Shown: in pieces, positions 1 through 9,570 of the stretch
Layout of the letters: each line of letters begins with the position of its first letter
How positions within the stretch are numbered: the first letter of the stretch is position 1
Sequence record: KP869111
From: Escherichia coli O157 typing phage 13
DNA length: 64,000 nucleotides
Direction: 5' to 3' (one strand)
Translations under genes and position numbers: made by a program
Notes under the pieces: model-generated
Databases searched by the model: none
Told to the model about the DNA's origin: nothing
What the model saw: the letters and a program-made list of their open reading frames with translations, nothing else

Positions 1-231
1 CAACTGAGCAATCGAATCACGTCGCTGATAGTCTTCACCATCAATATCAACCTGACGTCCGTCCATACGCAGCATTTCTTTAAAGTGGACGATGTAATAT
101 TTACCTTGCTTTTGGAGGATATGACAAGACTGGTAAAGGACTTTATCCTTGTTATTAGCGATGCCCATACGGGTTAGAGTCTCTTTGACTTTCAGAAAAT
201 CTTCAGGGTTCTTCAATTTAATTTCAATCAT
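1..231 (-). CDS. regA: Translational repressor RegA, N-terminal part (gene continues beyond window start)
   Basis: Reverse complement of 229-231 is ATG followed by MIEIKLKNPEDFLKVKE, matching the recalled T4 RegA N-terminus; sits directly downstream of gene 62 as in T4. Not in the ORF track because it is truncated. Confidence 0.8.
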   Translation of the reverse strand, partial: MIEIKLKNPEDFLKVKETLTRMGIANNKDKVLYQSCHILQKQGKYYIVHFKEMLRMDGRQVDIDGEDYQRRDSIAQL

Positions 232-233
232 TT

Positions 234-797
234 TTACCATTCCAATGCTAATTTTTTAAATTGTTTTTGTTCTTTTACGTTTTTAGTAACTTCTTTGAGA
301 AATTCATCAGTGACCATGGCCTTCAGTTCTTTAAGGACTATTGGCAGCTTGTTATTTTTTTCAAGGAGCCGCTTATACTCGGTAGCATCATTCATGTTGA
401 TTGTGTAATGTTTCATCAACAGTTTGATAACTAGTAACTCTGAAGTGTCTTCGACTAGTTTAGCCCATTTAGAGAATCGACGACCACGCGGAATTGCCGC
501 CATCATATAGTTGAAGTGCGCTTCATCACTTAATTCAGAACCGACTAAGTTCATCATGTAAACGGCTGGCATACATTCTGGAAACTGGGATAACGAGTTC
601 TCAACCATAAATTTTGAGTAGTCGACCTGAGCAATTGACATAGATTTCTTTTCATTAATAGCATTAATGATTTTAAAGAATTCATTCTCAGGTTTTTCTT
701 TAAACATATCAGCACATTTTTGAATCGCATCAGCGTCATTAGACTTCCATGCAATTTGGTGCTCGTTAAGCTGGACGTCATCATCGAATAAGTTCAT
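234..797 (-). CDS. 62: Clamp loader small subunit gp62
   Basis: 187 aa, same length as T4 gp62; sequence [17 protein letters not shown] resembles recalled T4 gp62; synteny 45-44-62-regA. Confidence 0.93.
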   Translation of the reverse strand: MNLFDDDVQLNEHQIAWKSNDADAIQKCADMFKEKPENEFFKIINAINEKKSMSIAQVDYSKFMVENSLSQFPECMPAVYMMNLVGSELSDEAHFNYMMAAIPRGRRFSKWAKLVEDTSELLVIKLLMKHYTINMNDATEYKRLLEKNNKLPIVLKELKAMVTDEFLKEVTKNVKEQKQFKKLALEW

Positions 798-798
798 A

Positions 799-1761
799 TT
801 ATTTCCAAGTCAGTTCACAGGTCAGTTGAAGAAGCATATACATAACATGTAATTCAATATTACTTGCTAGTCCATGAAACTTATTATTTTCGCCTGCAAT
901 TTCGTAAAGCGAAATAATACTTTTACCAGGTGCAACTTGGTCATAACATTCTGAAACTAATTTATCTATGAACCATGAATAATCTGCAGCATATTTTGGA
1001 GCTAATGCACGAAGTTGTTTGATATCTTTGTTCTTCATTGCTTCGATAACATCAGAGACTGTGCCACGGTCATTAGTTACGATAGACAGAATACCTGCAT
1101 CAAGAACACCTTTAGACGAGTACTGGTCTAATTGGCCAATTGTACGACGAAAGTCTGGGAAGTTCTTTTTAACCAGAGCTGCAACAACTTTCATATCAGC
1201 GATTTCGATATTTTCGTTCTTACAGATTTCAACCATACGATGAATCATTTTCTTCATCATCGAGATTTTATCTTCTTCAGTCGGACGACCGAATTCTATA
1301 ACTCGACAACGGCTACGTAATGGTTCAATAATTCCATCAATGTTGTTGGCAGTAATAATAATAGAACAGTTACTAGAGAATTCTTCCATAAACGTACGAA
1401 GGTGACGTTGTGATTCGGCGAGGCCACTACGGTCAAATTCATCAATAACAATAACTTTAGGCTTGCCTTCCATTGAGACTGAACGAGCGAATGCAGTTAA
1501 CGGACCACGCACAAAATCAATCTTACAATCAGAACCGTTGACGAACATCATTTCGGCATTGATATCATTACATAATGCTTTTGCTACGGTTGTTTTACCT
1601 GTACCAGGAGAAGGAGAGTGCAAAATAATATGAGGAAGTTTTCCTTTAGATACTAAAGACTTGAATGTTTCATGGTCATACGCAGGCAGAATACATTCGT
1701 CAATGGAAGAAGGACGATATTTCTGTTCTAGAATGTGTTCTTTGGAATTGATAGTAATCAT
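799..1761 (-). CDS. 44: Clamp loader large subunit gp44 (AAA+ ATPase)
   Basis: 320 aa; Walker [11 protein letters not shown]; near-identical to recalled T4 gp44 ([18 protein letters not shown]). Confidence 0.95.
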   Translation of the reverse strand: MITINSKEHILEQKYRPSSIDECILPAYDHETFKSLVSKGKLPHIILHSPSPGTGKTTVAKALCNDINAEMMFVNGSDCKIDFVRGPLTAFARSVSMEGKPKVIVIDEFDRSGLAESQRHLRTFMEEFSSNCSIIITANNIDGIIEPLRSRCRVIEFGRPTEEDKISMMKKMIHRMVEICKNENIEIADMKVVAALVKKNFPDFRRTIGQLDQYSSKGVLDAGILSIVTNDRGTVSDVIEAMKNKDIKQLRALAPKYAADYSWFIDKLVSECYDQVAPGKSIISLYEIAGENNKFHGLASNIELHVMYMLLQLTCELTWK

Positions 1762-1786
1762 GTAATTTTCCTCATTATCATTAAAC

Positions 1787-1804
1787 TGGAGGATTTCTCC
1801 TCCA
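1787..1804 (-). other. Stable hairpin between genes 45 and 44
   Basis: Minus strand TGGAGGA-GAAA-TCCTCCA (7-bp stem, GNRA-type loop) about 25 nt upstream of the gene 44 ATG. Confidence 0.45.
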
Positions 1805-1836
1805 TAATCGTATCACATTAAACGTAAATCTTTGTC

Positions 1837-2523
1837 TTAGAAGTCGTGAGTAGAATCGGCTTCCATTGCAATAACATAACTTACTTGAGAGCTTTCAAAC
1901 TTGGCTGCAACTTTATCACCAGCTCCCCACAACATTACTTTATAGTTACCTGGCTGGATTTTCATATTAGCCATATTGATTACAAAGTTAAAGTTATTAG
2001 AACCATCATAATCGGTAAGAGTCAAAGAATACTTAGGACGAGTTAGTCCGGAATCTTCAACTTTATTGTAACCGTTGATAACAATTTTACCATCTTTATT
2101 TGTAATAGCAATTGTATCAATCTGGAGACCACGTGAAACTCGAAGCAATTGTTGAAGGTCTTCAGCTTTAATTTCAGTAATCACAGAAGCCACCGGGAAT
2201 TGAATTGGCTTATTAGGAAAAACAATGGTGCTCTTGTCGGCAGCAGGCCAATAAACTGTGGAACGTGTATCTGCAATTTTAATATTGCCATCGGTGTGCA
2301 TTGAAATTTCAGCATCATCAGACACTAGACTCAAAATGCTTAAGAAGCTATTCAAATCATAAAGTGCTACGTCAAAATCAATTTCATCGGAGATATTTGC
2401 TTCTGCATAAGTGGTGCCATTAACTGCACGGGTCATAATAAATTTACCTTGACTCAGCAGAATGCCGGAGTTAATAGAGGCAAAGTTTTTCAGAATAGCG
2501 ATAGTATCTTTAGACAGTTTCAT
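1837..2523 (-). CDS. 45: Sliding clamp gp45
   Basis: Track ORF 1837-2538 begins with a TTG; the ATG at 2523 preceded by AAGGAAA gives MKLSKDT, matching recalled T4 gp45 (228 aa). Confidence 0.92.
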   Translation of the reverse strand: MKLSKDTIAILKNFASINSGILLSQGKFIMTRAVNGTTYAEANISDEIDFDVALYDLNSFLSILSLVSDDAEISMHTDGNIKIADTRSTVYWPAADKSTIVFPNKPIQFPVASVITEIKAEDLQQLLRVSRGLQIDTIAITNKDGKIVINGYNKVEDSGLTRPKYSLTLTDYDGSNNFNFVINMANMKIQPGNYKVMLWGAGDKVAAKFESSQVSYVIAMEADSTHDF

Positions 2524-2565
2524 TTTATTTCCTTTCAAGACAATTCAAAGTTTATAACAAATTTA

Positions 2566-2982
2566 TTATGCAGCAACCATCTGCTTTTTAATAGCTTCAG
2601 GCAGTGATTCAATATATTCTGGAATTTTAGAAGCAACAATTTCGCCAGCTGCAATTAATTGTTCATCGGCATCAACACAGTAGAAATCTTCCAGACGCTC
2701 AGAACCATCTTTATCAAGAACGATTTTTCCACCTGCTTCAATAGAATCTTTATAGTGCTTACGCATCAGATGAATCCACATATCAGATACATCGTTATCA
2801 ATAAAACCATAAATCATAAAACGAGTTTCTTGTGGCAAAGATTGAAGCTTTTTAGCACTTGCGTCATCACAATGCAGGACCCATGCTTTACGAACACGAT
2901 TATGGTTATGCGGGTTAGCGTCAGTACGGATAGAAGTAACTTTCAGATCAGCAGCAGTGAAACCTTTAGCAGTAGTAAACAT
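2566..2982 (-). CDS. rpbA: RNA polymerase-binding protein RpbA (by synteny and size)
   Basis: 138 aa ORF between gene 45 and the 45.2-like ORF, the T4 rpbA position; sequence not independently verified. Confidence 0.6.
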   Translation of the reverse strand: MFTTAKGFTAADLKVTSIRTDANPHNHNRVRKAWVLHCDDASAKKLQSLPQETRFMIYGFIDNDVSDMWIHLMRKHYKDSIEAGGKIVLDKDGSERLEDFYCVDADEQLIAAGEIVASKIPEYIESLPEAIKKQMVAA

Positions 2983-2994
2983 ATTATTTCTCTC

Positions 2995-3195
2995 TTATTC
3001 GTAGAAGTCAGTAACTGTCCATGCGGAATTGCGATTAGACATTATTTTATTATACTCATCTTTAAAAGCAGATTTGAGCATTTGTTCAGTAACAATATGT
3101 TCTTCACCTGAAAACGTATTGGTCAAAACATATTTTTTAATTTCAGGGACAACAAGAAGATGTTGTCCGGTTGAATACTCCATGTTGTTCTCCAT
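2995..3195 (-). CDS. Hypothetical protein (T4 45.2 position)
   Basis: 66 aa ORF between gene 46 and rpbA; T4 45.2 is about 62 aa. Confidence 0.5.
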   Translation of the reverse strand: MENNMEYSTGQHLLVVPEIKKYVLTNTFSGEEHIVTEQMLKSAFKDEYNKIMSNRNSAWTVTDFYE

Positions 3196-3237
3196 TTAAT
3201 TTGATGTGGTCATTATAACCACATCGTGTTAAAGCGT

Positions 3238-4926
3238 TTATGAAACAGTCATTACAGTAAATCGTCCAACTTTGCTCATTTGAAGATGTTGTCCATAACG
3301 TTGAGGGTCATGGTCTCTATGAGAAATAATGAACACGTTAGTATTTTGTAAACTTCCAAGAATGGTATCTATAGCCTTAACAGCCTCAGAATCTACAGCG
3401 CCGTCAAAAACTTCGTCAAGAATAAGAGTGTTGATTTTAACACCAGAGACCTTTTCAGCAATATCTCGCCATGTAAACAACAATGCGATATCGATACGTG
3501 CCTTTTCACCTTGACTAAATGAAGCATAACTAAAATCTTCACGACCACGTGATTTTATAGATTCATTGAATTCTTCATCAATAGAAAACACGTAATCGGC
3601 TTCCATGATTTTAAGATAATGGTTAATCTGCTTGTTGAACAGAGGCACATATTTTTTAATGATAGCACCTTTAATACCAGAATCTTTTAACATATCTGTG
3701 ATAATACCACGATGGTATTTTTCAAGAACGATATCCGATTTTGTTTTAATGATTTTATCAAGTTCTTTTTGAAGCAAAGCTATCTCATCGGCATGGTCGA
3801 TAAATTCCGCCGAGGCTTGTTCTATTGCAGCTTTAACTTTCTTAGCTTTATCAATAGTGGCAATCATTGCTTGTTTCTTGGTACGAATATCAGATGCAAG
3901 GTCCTGCTTAGTCTTAACATTAGCTCTATATTCGTCCACTAGGACACTCAGATTATCTCTGTGGCAGGTAAGTTGCTCGAATGAGTGATTACATTCATGA
4001 AGCTTATCGGTAATCTTAGAGACAATAGGGTCACCCTGGTGCAACTGTGATGCGCAAGTAGGACATGTACCGCCATCATGATACATCTTAATAACTTTGT
4101 TATATGAGTCAATTTTAGATTTAATCAAGAATGCTTCTTGTCCTATCTTGTTGAATGCCTCAGTAGGGTCTTCGTCAAGAACGATATTAAGTAGACGCTC
4201 GTTAGCTTCTTCGATTTCTGCTTTTAATGACCGAGCTTCTTTGGCTAGGTCGTCGTACATATTCTGTAGACGCGCTACATTATCACCAGATAATTTCTTT
4301 TGACGTTCGATGTTCTCATTATAAATCTTAATTTGTTGGATAATACCATCTTTCTTGGCATCGAGAACTTGTCCCTGGGAATTAAGTTCTCGAACTTGAG
4401 ACTTATTGATTTTATCCATTTCAGCGAGTGTGCCAACTTCTAATAAGTCTTCAACAAGCTTTCTGCGAGCAGGGGTGCTAAGAGCCATGAAAGGGGTATA
4501 CCCTGCCGTCCCAAGCACAACGATTTGTTTAAAAGACGCGTATGACATTCCGATGCTACGTTCAAATTCTTCTTGGAAGTCACGACTGCTGGCAGATTCA
4601 TCAAGACGAACACCGTCAACGGAGATTTCGAAAATATTGGGCTTTTGGCCACGTTTAATGAAGTATTTTTTACCATCGAATTCCATCCAAAGCTCAACTA
4701 AGAGCTCTTTCTTGTTCGTGCTATTAATGATTTGTCCTTTCTTAACATCACGAAATGGTTTACCGAAAAGTCCGAAAGTGATGGCTTCTAACATCGTAGA
4801 TTTACCACCGCCGTTTTTACCAGTGATTAATGTCTTTTGGACTTTATCTAATTGGATATCAATAGGATTCCCACCTACCGACATGATGTTTTGATAACGA
4901 ACACGATTTAATTTAAATGATTTCAT
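3238..4926 (-). CDS. 46: Recombination endonuclease subunit gp46 (Rad50/SbcC-like ATPase)
   Basis: 562 aa; Walker A GKNGGGKST near N-terminus, long coiled-coil middle, C-terminal signature; matches recalled T4 gp46 (560 aa). Confidence 0.95.
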   Translation of the reverse strand: MKSFKLNRVRYQNIMSVGGNPIDIQLDKVQKTLITGKNGGGKSTMLEAITFGLFGKPFRDVKKGQIINSTNKKELLVELWMEFDGKKYFIKRGQKPNIFEISVDGVRLDESASSRDFQEEFERSIGMSYASFKQIVVLGTAGYTPFMALSTPARRKLVEDLLEVGTLAEMDKINKSQVRELNSQGQVLDAKKDGIIQQIKIYNENIERQKKLSGDNVARLQNMYDDLAKEARSLKAEIEEANERLLNIVLDEDPTEAFNKIGQEAFLIKSKIDSYNKVIKMYHDGGTCPTCASQLHQGDPIVSKITDKLHECNHSFEQLTCHRDNLSVLVDEYRANVKTKQDLASDIRTKKQAMIATIDKAKKVKAAIEQASAEFIDHADEIALLQKELDKIIKTKSDIVLEKYHRGIITDMLKDSGIKGAIIKKYVPLFNKQINHYLKIMEADYVFSIDEEFNESIKSRGREDFSYASFSQGEKARIDIALLFTWRDIAEKVSGVKINTLILDEVFDGAVDSEAVKAIDTILGSLQNTNVFIISHRDHDPQRYGQHLQMSKVGRFTVMTVS

Positions 4927-5162
4927 ATGTATTCTCTTCGAATGAAGTCCTCTACATATTTTAACATGTCATCTCTATCAGCAAAATACTCATCTAGTTC
5001 TGCATACATAACAACACCCGGTGCGTACTCACAGGTAACATACATTGTTCCAAAGAAACGAGGAGTTGTCTCCTCATAATTCTCAGTCCATTCAACGATA
5101 CCAATATAACCGTCACCAATACTAAATTCGTGACGATGGATTTCATAGTCAGTCTTCGTCAT
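4923..5162 (-). CDS. Hypothetical small protein
   Basis: Track ORF 4923-5171; ATG at 5162 has a GAGGA Shine-Dalgarno 8 nt upstream; stop overlaps gene 46 start (ATGA). Confidence 0.5.
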   Translation of the reverse strand: MTKTDYEIHRHEFSIGDGYIGIVEWTENYEETTPRFFGTMYVTCEYAPGVVMYAELDEYFADRDDMLKYVEDFIRREYI

Positions 5163-5406
5163 TATACGCATCCTCGATACATGCTTCAGCCATTTTAAGA
5201 ATAGAGCCAGGAGTATCGTTGTCCATTATATTAAAGCTAAATTCAATAGCCCAGTCGGTACAGACATGAACGGCTTTAACTTCATTGCCTTCAACGCGTA
5301 ATGGCTCAATCCAATACTTGATAGTGTTCTCGAATCCATCATCATCTTTAACGTCTATTTCAACTTCAAGCCCAAGCCCGGCATTGTTAAATTCATCTAA
5401 AGTCAT
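5149..5406 (-). CDS. Hypothetical acidic protein
   Basis: 85 aa ORF, start overlaps gene 47 stop; acidic composition; translationally coupled chain 47 to 46. Confidence 0.5.
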   Translation of the reverse strand: MTLDEFNNAGLGLEVEIDVKDDDGFENTIKYWIEPLRVEGNEVKAVHVCTDWAIEFSFNIMDNDTPGSILKMAEACIEDAYNDED

Positions 5407-6422
5407 TGTGTTGCCTCAATATAAAGTTCGTTAGAATATTTGACCAGCGCTTCTCTGTCTTCGTCTGAGATATCTGGAATCGCGTCAATATATTCTTTAA
5501 TGATATCTTGAAGTGATTTAATCTCGATTTCCTGGTCGTCATCAGATTCAACACTGTTATCAACTTTAGAAACCATACGAAGAGAGTGAACTACTTTTTC
5601 AAGTTCAGATTCAAACTTAGTCAACTCTGAATCAATTTCTGATACTATAACACGTACGGCTAGATTAGTATAATCAGAATAATTGATTTTGCCTTTAAAC
5701 GGATAAGTGATTCTTCGATGCCATGTTGTTTCATTAGGAATAAATTCCATACGTTCAACATCAGTGTCAAATACCCAGAATCCACGCGGGTCGTTCTCAT
5801 CACCTGCAGTAAGGGTCCACGGTGTTCCAATATATTTGACGTTAGCAGCTTCAGAGATTGTGTGGAAGTGGCCTGACCAGACTTGTTTATAAGTCTTTAA
5901 GAAATCAGGTTCAAGCCCATGAGACTTCATCCCTTTATAGAAATAAAAGCCGTTCAGTTCCCAGTGCCCAACACAATACGCAGCAGAAGAAGTCTTGATG
6001 TGCTCTAAGATTTCACCTGTATTTTCTTCACACATCCATGGAACGATATCAATCAGACATCCGTCAAAATCTACAGTAGTCGGATGCTCATAAATAGTAA
6101 AGTTTTCAAATTGAGTTAACAATTCAGAAACAGTGTTAGGTGTTATTGTATTCTTAAACGCCATGTCATGGTTTCCTATCGTGACATGAACGTGAATGCC
6201 TGCTTTAGAAATCATATCAACGATTTCACGATTGAATTCCATTGTACGATGTGTTATTGCTTTACGGACGTCAAACCAATCACCGTACTGAATCCAAGTT
6301 TTAATCCCGTGTTTCTTAGAGTATTCAATTGCTTGTCGAATACCATCACGTTGAATATCTTGAACCCATGGGTCGTCTTGTTTGACTCCGATATGGAAGT
6401 CGCCTAAGTGCAAAATTTTCAT
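5403..6422 (-). CDS. 47: Recombination endonuclease subunit gp47 (Mre11/SbcD-like phosphoesterase)
   Basis: 339 aa, same as T4 gp47; MKILHLGDFHIG and GNHD phosphoesterase motifs. Confidence 0.95.
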   Translation of the reverse strand: MKILHLGDFHIGVKQDDPWVQDIQRDGIRQAIEYSKKHGIKTWIQYGDWFDVRKAITHRTMEFNREIVDMISKAGIHVHVTIGNHDMAFKNTITPNTVSELLTQFENFTIYEHPTTVDFDGCLIDIVPWMCEENTGEILEHIKTSSAAYCVGHWELNGFYFYKGMKSHGLEPDFLKTYKQVWSGHFHTISEAANVKYIGTPWTLTAGDENDPRGFWVFDTDVERMEFIPNETTWHRRITYPFKGKINYSDYTNLAVRVIVSEIDSELTKFESELEKVVHSLRMVSKVDNSVESDDDQEIEIKSLQDIIKEYIDAIPDISDEDREALVKYSNELYIEATQ

Positions 6423-6436
6423 ATTATTTCCTCATT

Positions 6437-6469
6437 AGTTAATTCATTTTATCATCCGTTTATAAAGCA
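6437..6469 (-). promoter_or_regulatory. Putative MotA-dependent middle promoter for gene 47
   Basis: Minus strand reads TTTGCTTTATA (MotA-box-like) then 9-11 nt then TAAAAT (-10), 24 nt upstream of the gene 47 ATG. Confidence 0.4.
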
Positions 6470-6492
6470 AAAAAGGAACTCCGAAGAGTTCC
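6465..6492 (-). terminator. Rho-independent terminator (UUCG tetraloop hairpin plus U-run)
   Basis: Minus strand GGAACTC-TTCG-GAGTTCC followed by TTTTTT; lies immediately after the 57-aa ORF stop. Confidence 0.7.
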
Positions 6493-6665
6493 TATCCACA
6501 TAGTACACCGTACAGAGGCTCATTTGAACTTTTAAATCGAATTGGCTTGTACGTAATAGTTCCTTCGGCTTTAGCTTTATCATAAGACTCTTTAAAACGT
6601 CTCATTCTTTCTGCTTTGCCTTTACGGATTTTATCGAAATTTTCAGAAGTCGGGATGTTCGTCAT
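6492..6665 (-). CDS. Small basic protein, 57 aa (not in ORF track)
   Basis: Hand-translated: MTNIPTSENFDKIRKGKAERMRRFKESYDKAKAEGTITYKPIRFKSSNEPLYGVLCG; GAGGTG Shine-Dalgarno 6-9 nt upstream of ATG; stop abuts the terminator hairpin. Confidence 0.5.
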   Translation of the reverse strand: MTNIPTSENFDKIRKGKAERMRRFKESYDKAKAEGTITYKPIRFKSSNEPLYGVLCG

Positions 6666-6704
6666 GCATAAGCACCTCTCAGAAAATGCCTAAATCAATT
6701 TCTC

Positions 6705-6926
6705 TCATCGTTTCCACCATTTCTTAACTTGAAATGAATCGGCCCACACGAGTTGTTTTGGGTCTGCCTTTACAATAGGCGGACAAATTTCTGTAATAGA
6801 ACCGTCGTGATATTCCTTTTCAGAAATTTTAACACAAAGAGGACCTCCCAATTTAAGGGTGAACCCTGCGTTCAGCTTCAGACGTTTAAACTTTGTTTGA
6901 ACTAGCGCCATTAATGATGTCCTCAA
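6705..6926 (-). CDS. Hypothetical protein
   Basis: 73 aa ORF in the 47-55 interval; overlaps the 3' end of the upstream ORF, so start is uncertain. Confidence 0.4.
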   Translation of the reverse strand: MRTSLMALVQTKFKRLKLNAGFTLKLGGPLCVKISEKEYHDGSITEICPPIVKADPKQLVWADSFQVKKWWKR

Positions 6927-7209
6927 TAGCCTGACGAGTAGTAACCCACTGGATTTTAATTAACTTGTCATTGTATGGTTGTCGTAGAATATCCCGAGAT
7001 TTCTTAATAGCATATTCGTAAGCTTCGAAGTTGTTTTGAATTGCTGCTTCTTGAGCATGAGCATAAAGACGGTTTAGTTCAAAACGATTCTTTTTAAGAA
7101 TCTTTTCGGATTTTTTACGTGCTTCAGCTTCATTTTTCTTTTGGATTTCTTGTAGCATTTTAGCTACTGCATCTTCTGCTTCTTTATTTTCAATAATCTC
7201 GGTAGTCAT
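6886..7209 (-). CDS. Hypothetical protein
   Basis: 107 aa ORF; charged, helical-looking composition. Confidence 0.5.
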   Translation of the reverse strand: MTTEIIENKEAEDAVAKMLQEIQKKNEAEARKKSEKILKKNRFELNRLYAHAQEAAIQNNFEAYEYAIKKSRDILRQPYNDKLIKIQWVTTRQAIEDIINGASSNKV

Positions 7210-7210
7210 A

Positions 7211-7420
7211 TTATCTCATTAAATTAAAATAAAAACGTCCATCCTCTTCAATACAGAACTCATACTCAACTGGAGTCCCATTTATCGAAAATGACACGTC
7301 ATGTGGGTTCAAAGGGTCGATGTCAAAATTAATTTTAAATTCACGACCCAACAGTTTTACCAAATAAGGGATTGCTTCGTCAAAAGGTTCTTCTAAGTAG
7401 TTAGAGATGTCAATTGTCAT
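7211..7420 (-). CDS. Hypothetical protein
   Basis: Track ORF 7211-7504 overlaps gene 55; internal ATG near 7420-7426 gives about 70 aa starting [15 protein letters not shown]. Confidence 0.4.
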   Translation of the reverse strand: MTIDISNYLEEPFDEAIPYLVKLLGREFKINFDIDPLNPHDVSFSINGTPVEYEFCIEEDGRFYFNLMR

Positions 7421-7967
7421 CCTCATATAAAAAATCCAAACTAGGCGAATCGCTAACAACTTCCTTCTTTTCAGCCCCAGGAGCTTTATAAGCGGATTCT
7501 TCATAATGCGTCATTTTATCGTAGATGTCTTGAATAAACGTTTCATCTACTAACGCTACCATATCATCGTCATGACTGTCGTAGACATTATGAACGAAGT
7601 AACTATATTTCTTTGCAACTTCCTTACGTTCTTTTTTGATACGTTGGACAAAAGCATTAAAACAAGCTCGAGTTATGTATGCATGTGGGTTATTGTACTT
7701 AGTTTCGTCGAAATTATGAAGTCCCTTAATAGAGGCTTCAATCCCATCTGCAATCATCTCCTGCTTCCAAGACTGGGTATATCCTGAAAAGTTGAAACGT
7801 TTGGACAGGCCTTCGGCGATAAGCATAATTGCTAAACCGATGGTATCATTCTGACGAATAATTTTGTTTGGGTCTTTATTATTTAAGAGCTCCTTTTTCC
7901 ACTCGATTATAGCGGCGAGAAGCTCTTTATTATTCACATAGTTATTTTTAGGTTTTTGTTCAGTCAT
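7410..7967 (-). CDS. 55: Late-transcription sigma factor gp55
   Basis: Track ORF starts with TTG at 7985; ATG at 7967 preceded by AAGAGGT gives 185 aa, exactly the T4 gp55 length; sequence matches recalled gp55 ([13 protein letters not shown]...[39 protein letters not shown]). Confidence 0.92.
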   Translation of the reverse strand: MTEQKPKNNYVNNKELLAAIIEWKKELLNNKDPNKIIRQNDTIGLAIMLIAEGLSKRFNFSGYTQSWKQEMIADGIEASIKGLHNFDETKYNNPHAYITRACFNAFVQRIKKERKEVAKKYSYFVHNVYDSHDDDMVALVDETFIQDIYDKMTHYEESAYKAPGAEKKEVVSDSPSLDFLYEDDN

Positions 7968-8039
7968 AAGTACCTCTTGGCTCAATTCATAGGTCTATTA
8001 TATCATAATATTTAGAGACCTATCTTAAAGCACGAGATA

Positions 8040-8309
8040 CTATCGGAGCAAACAATAAGCCTGAAACACTTTTTCCATTAAACGTTTGAACTCATGGATA
8101 TCGATATAAAGCTCAGTAAGACCTGCATTATAAAGAAAATCTAAAAAGTTCTCATGTGTTTCGTTATAGTCGCCTTCGTTTAATTGAGATACATGAGTTT
8201 CCCAAAAACCAACACCTTTAACGAATGGAAAATACGTGACTTTCATGTATTCGTCAACATAAAATTCGCCCAGCTTTTCTTCAGTTATACTGATTCGAGT
8301 TAATTTCAT
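8040..8309 (-). CDS. Hypothetical protein
   Basis: 89 aa ORF, ATG start, ATGA overlap with upstream ORF. Confidence 0.5.
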   Translation of the reverse strand: MKLTRISITEEKLGEFYVDEYMKVTYFPFVKGVGFWETHVSQLNEGDYNETHENFLDFLYNAGLTELYIDIHEFKRLMEKVFQAYCLLR

Positions 8310-8533
8310 TCTAGTTCCTTTGCTGCTTCAAGAGCAGCATCCAGCGAATCAAATTGGTCAACGAAATCAATATTCAACGCATCGTCAACCGTAGCATATA
8401 ACCACCATTGTTTGAATTCGTATTCAAGAATAAATCCAGGACCTTCAATCTGAGGAAGACCTAGGCTATTTGTACCAACTTCGTAACCAGCTAGACGCAG
8501 GTCATTAATCAAAGTTTCTGTTAATACGCTCAT
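8306..8533 (-). CDS. Hypothetical acidic protein
   Basis: 75 aa ORF, ATGA-coupled to neighbours. Confidence 0.5.
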   Translation of the reverse strand: MSVLTETLINDLRLAGYEVGTNSLGLPQIEGPGFILEYEFKQWWLYATVDDALNIDFVDQFDSLDAALEAAKELE

Positions 8534-8862
8534 TTTGCCGCCTTAACAATTTTCAGGTCAACGAATTTTTTCTTACGTTGATTTTTCATACGACGGATAG
8601 TCTTTTCAGAGATTTCATGTTTCTGATAAGCTTTAGATTCAACACCAAATGCAGCAACGTCAAATTCAGAAAGAATATATTGTACTAGAATTTCACGAAT
8701 AGAATTACGTCCAATTTTCTGGTCGTGTTTTTGCATGATTTCATAAAGACGGAATTCCCACGCATCAAGAACTTGAGGAGTAACAATATTGCCAGATTCC
8801 AGAAGAGCAACAACTTTATCGAAAGCGAAAGAATTAACTACGTTTTTGATTTTAGTAGACAT
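8530..8862 (-). CDS. Hypothetical protein
   Basis: Track ORF 8530-8901; ATG at 8862 has a strong GAGGAA Shine-Dalgarno; basic C-terminus. Confidence 0.5.
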   Translation of the reverse strand: MSTKIKNVVNSFAFDKVVALLESGNIVTPQVLDAWEFRLYEIMQKHDQKIGRNSIREILVQYILSEFDVAAFGVESKAYQKHEISEKTIRRMKNQRKKKFVDLKIVKAAK

Positions 8863-8928
8863 ATTATTTTCCTCGGTTATTTTATTATCCAACGAGGGCA
8901 TTATACTCTGCTCTCAAGAGTCTGTACA

Positions 8929-9168
8929 CTATTTTTTAAGCATGAAAAGCAAGTAATTTGTATCGCGTGGGCTGATATCGACACCCATATCAAAGATACC
9001 TTTATATATTGGGTATTTGTTTTCGGTTGTATCGAAGCTGAAACTATTTCCATCACAACTAACAGTAATAGCATCTGTTAAAATGTCATACTCAATCCTA
9101 ACAATTGAATCCCCAATTTTAACGTCGAGGTGTTTTTTGAATTTGATAAAATCTAATTCTTGGGCCAT
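8929..9168 (-). CDS. Hypothetical protein
   Basis: 79 aa; GAGGAA Shine-Dalgarno before ATG at 9168. Confidence 0.5.
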   Translation of the reverse strand: MAQELDFIKFKKHLDVKIGDSIVRIEYDILTDAITVSCDGNSFSFDTTENKYPIYKGIFDMGVDISPRDTNYLLFMLKK

Positions 9169-9231
9169 GATATTTTCCTCATTTTAAGACGATAGGAAGT
9201 CATGTTATTATCTTCCTATCGTTGTATATTA

Positions 9232-9432
9232 TTAACCGAACTTTTTAGCGCCTTTCCAGCCTTCGTACATAACTGCGCAAGTCAATAGCACGGCATGTTG
9301 GCATTCTTTGTATTTGTAAATCCAGAACCAGCGTAAAAAGTCTTCATCCTCAACACCGTTGAGTTTCATATTGGCAAAGAATTCGGCACGTTCTTCACGA
9401 AGTTGCCATGACACAATATTTTCAGGATTCAT
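9232..9432 (-). CDS. Hypothetical protein
   Basis: Track ORF 9232-9444 starts with GTG; ATG at 9432 overlaps upstream stop (ATGA). Confidence 0.45.
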   Translation of the reverse strand: MNPENIVSWQLREERAEFFANMKLNGVEDEDFLRWFWIYKYKECQHAVLLTCAVMYEGWKGAKKFG

Positions 9433-9563
9433 TTTGTGTTCCACGCCCCATTTTCATCGATGAACTTAATCCAGTCATTTACAGACCATTTAGTTGTATC
9501 ACCCTTTGGATTAACATTTAAAGTATATAATCCCTGCTTAAAAAGCATTCGTTTGATATTCAT
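9429..9563 (-). CDS. Hypothetical small protein (start uncertain)
   Basis: Track ORF 9429-9656 overlaps upstream gene; ATG at 9563 with GAGGA gives 44 aa. Confidence 0.3.
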   Translation of the reverse strand: MNIKRMLFKQGLYTLNVNPKGDTTKWSVNDWIKFIDENGAWNTK

Positions 9564-9570
9564 AATTTCC

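Noticed and set aside
4406-4894. 162-aa plus-strand ORF antisense to gene 46 (and similar antisense ORFs such as 9436-9882, 1019-1243, 3712-3942)
   Set aside because: Lies entirely inside a well-supported conserved gene on the other strand; Ser/Leu/Pro-rich composition typical of antisense frames; no ribosome-binding site.
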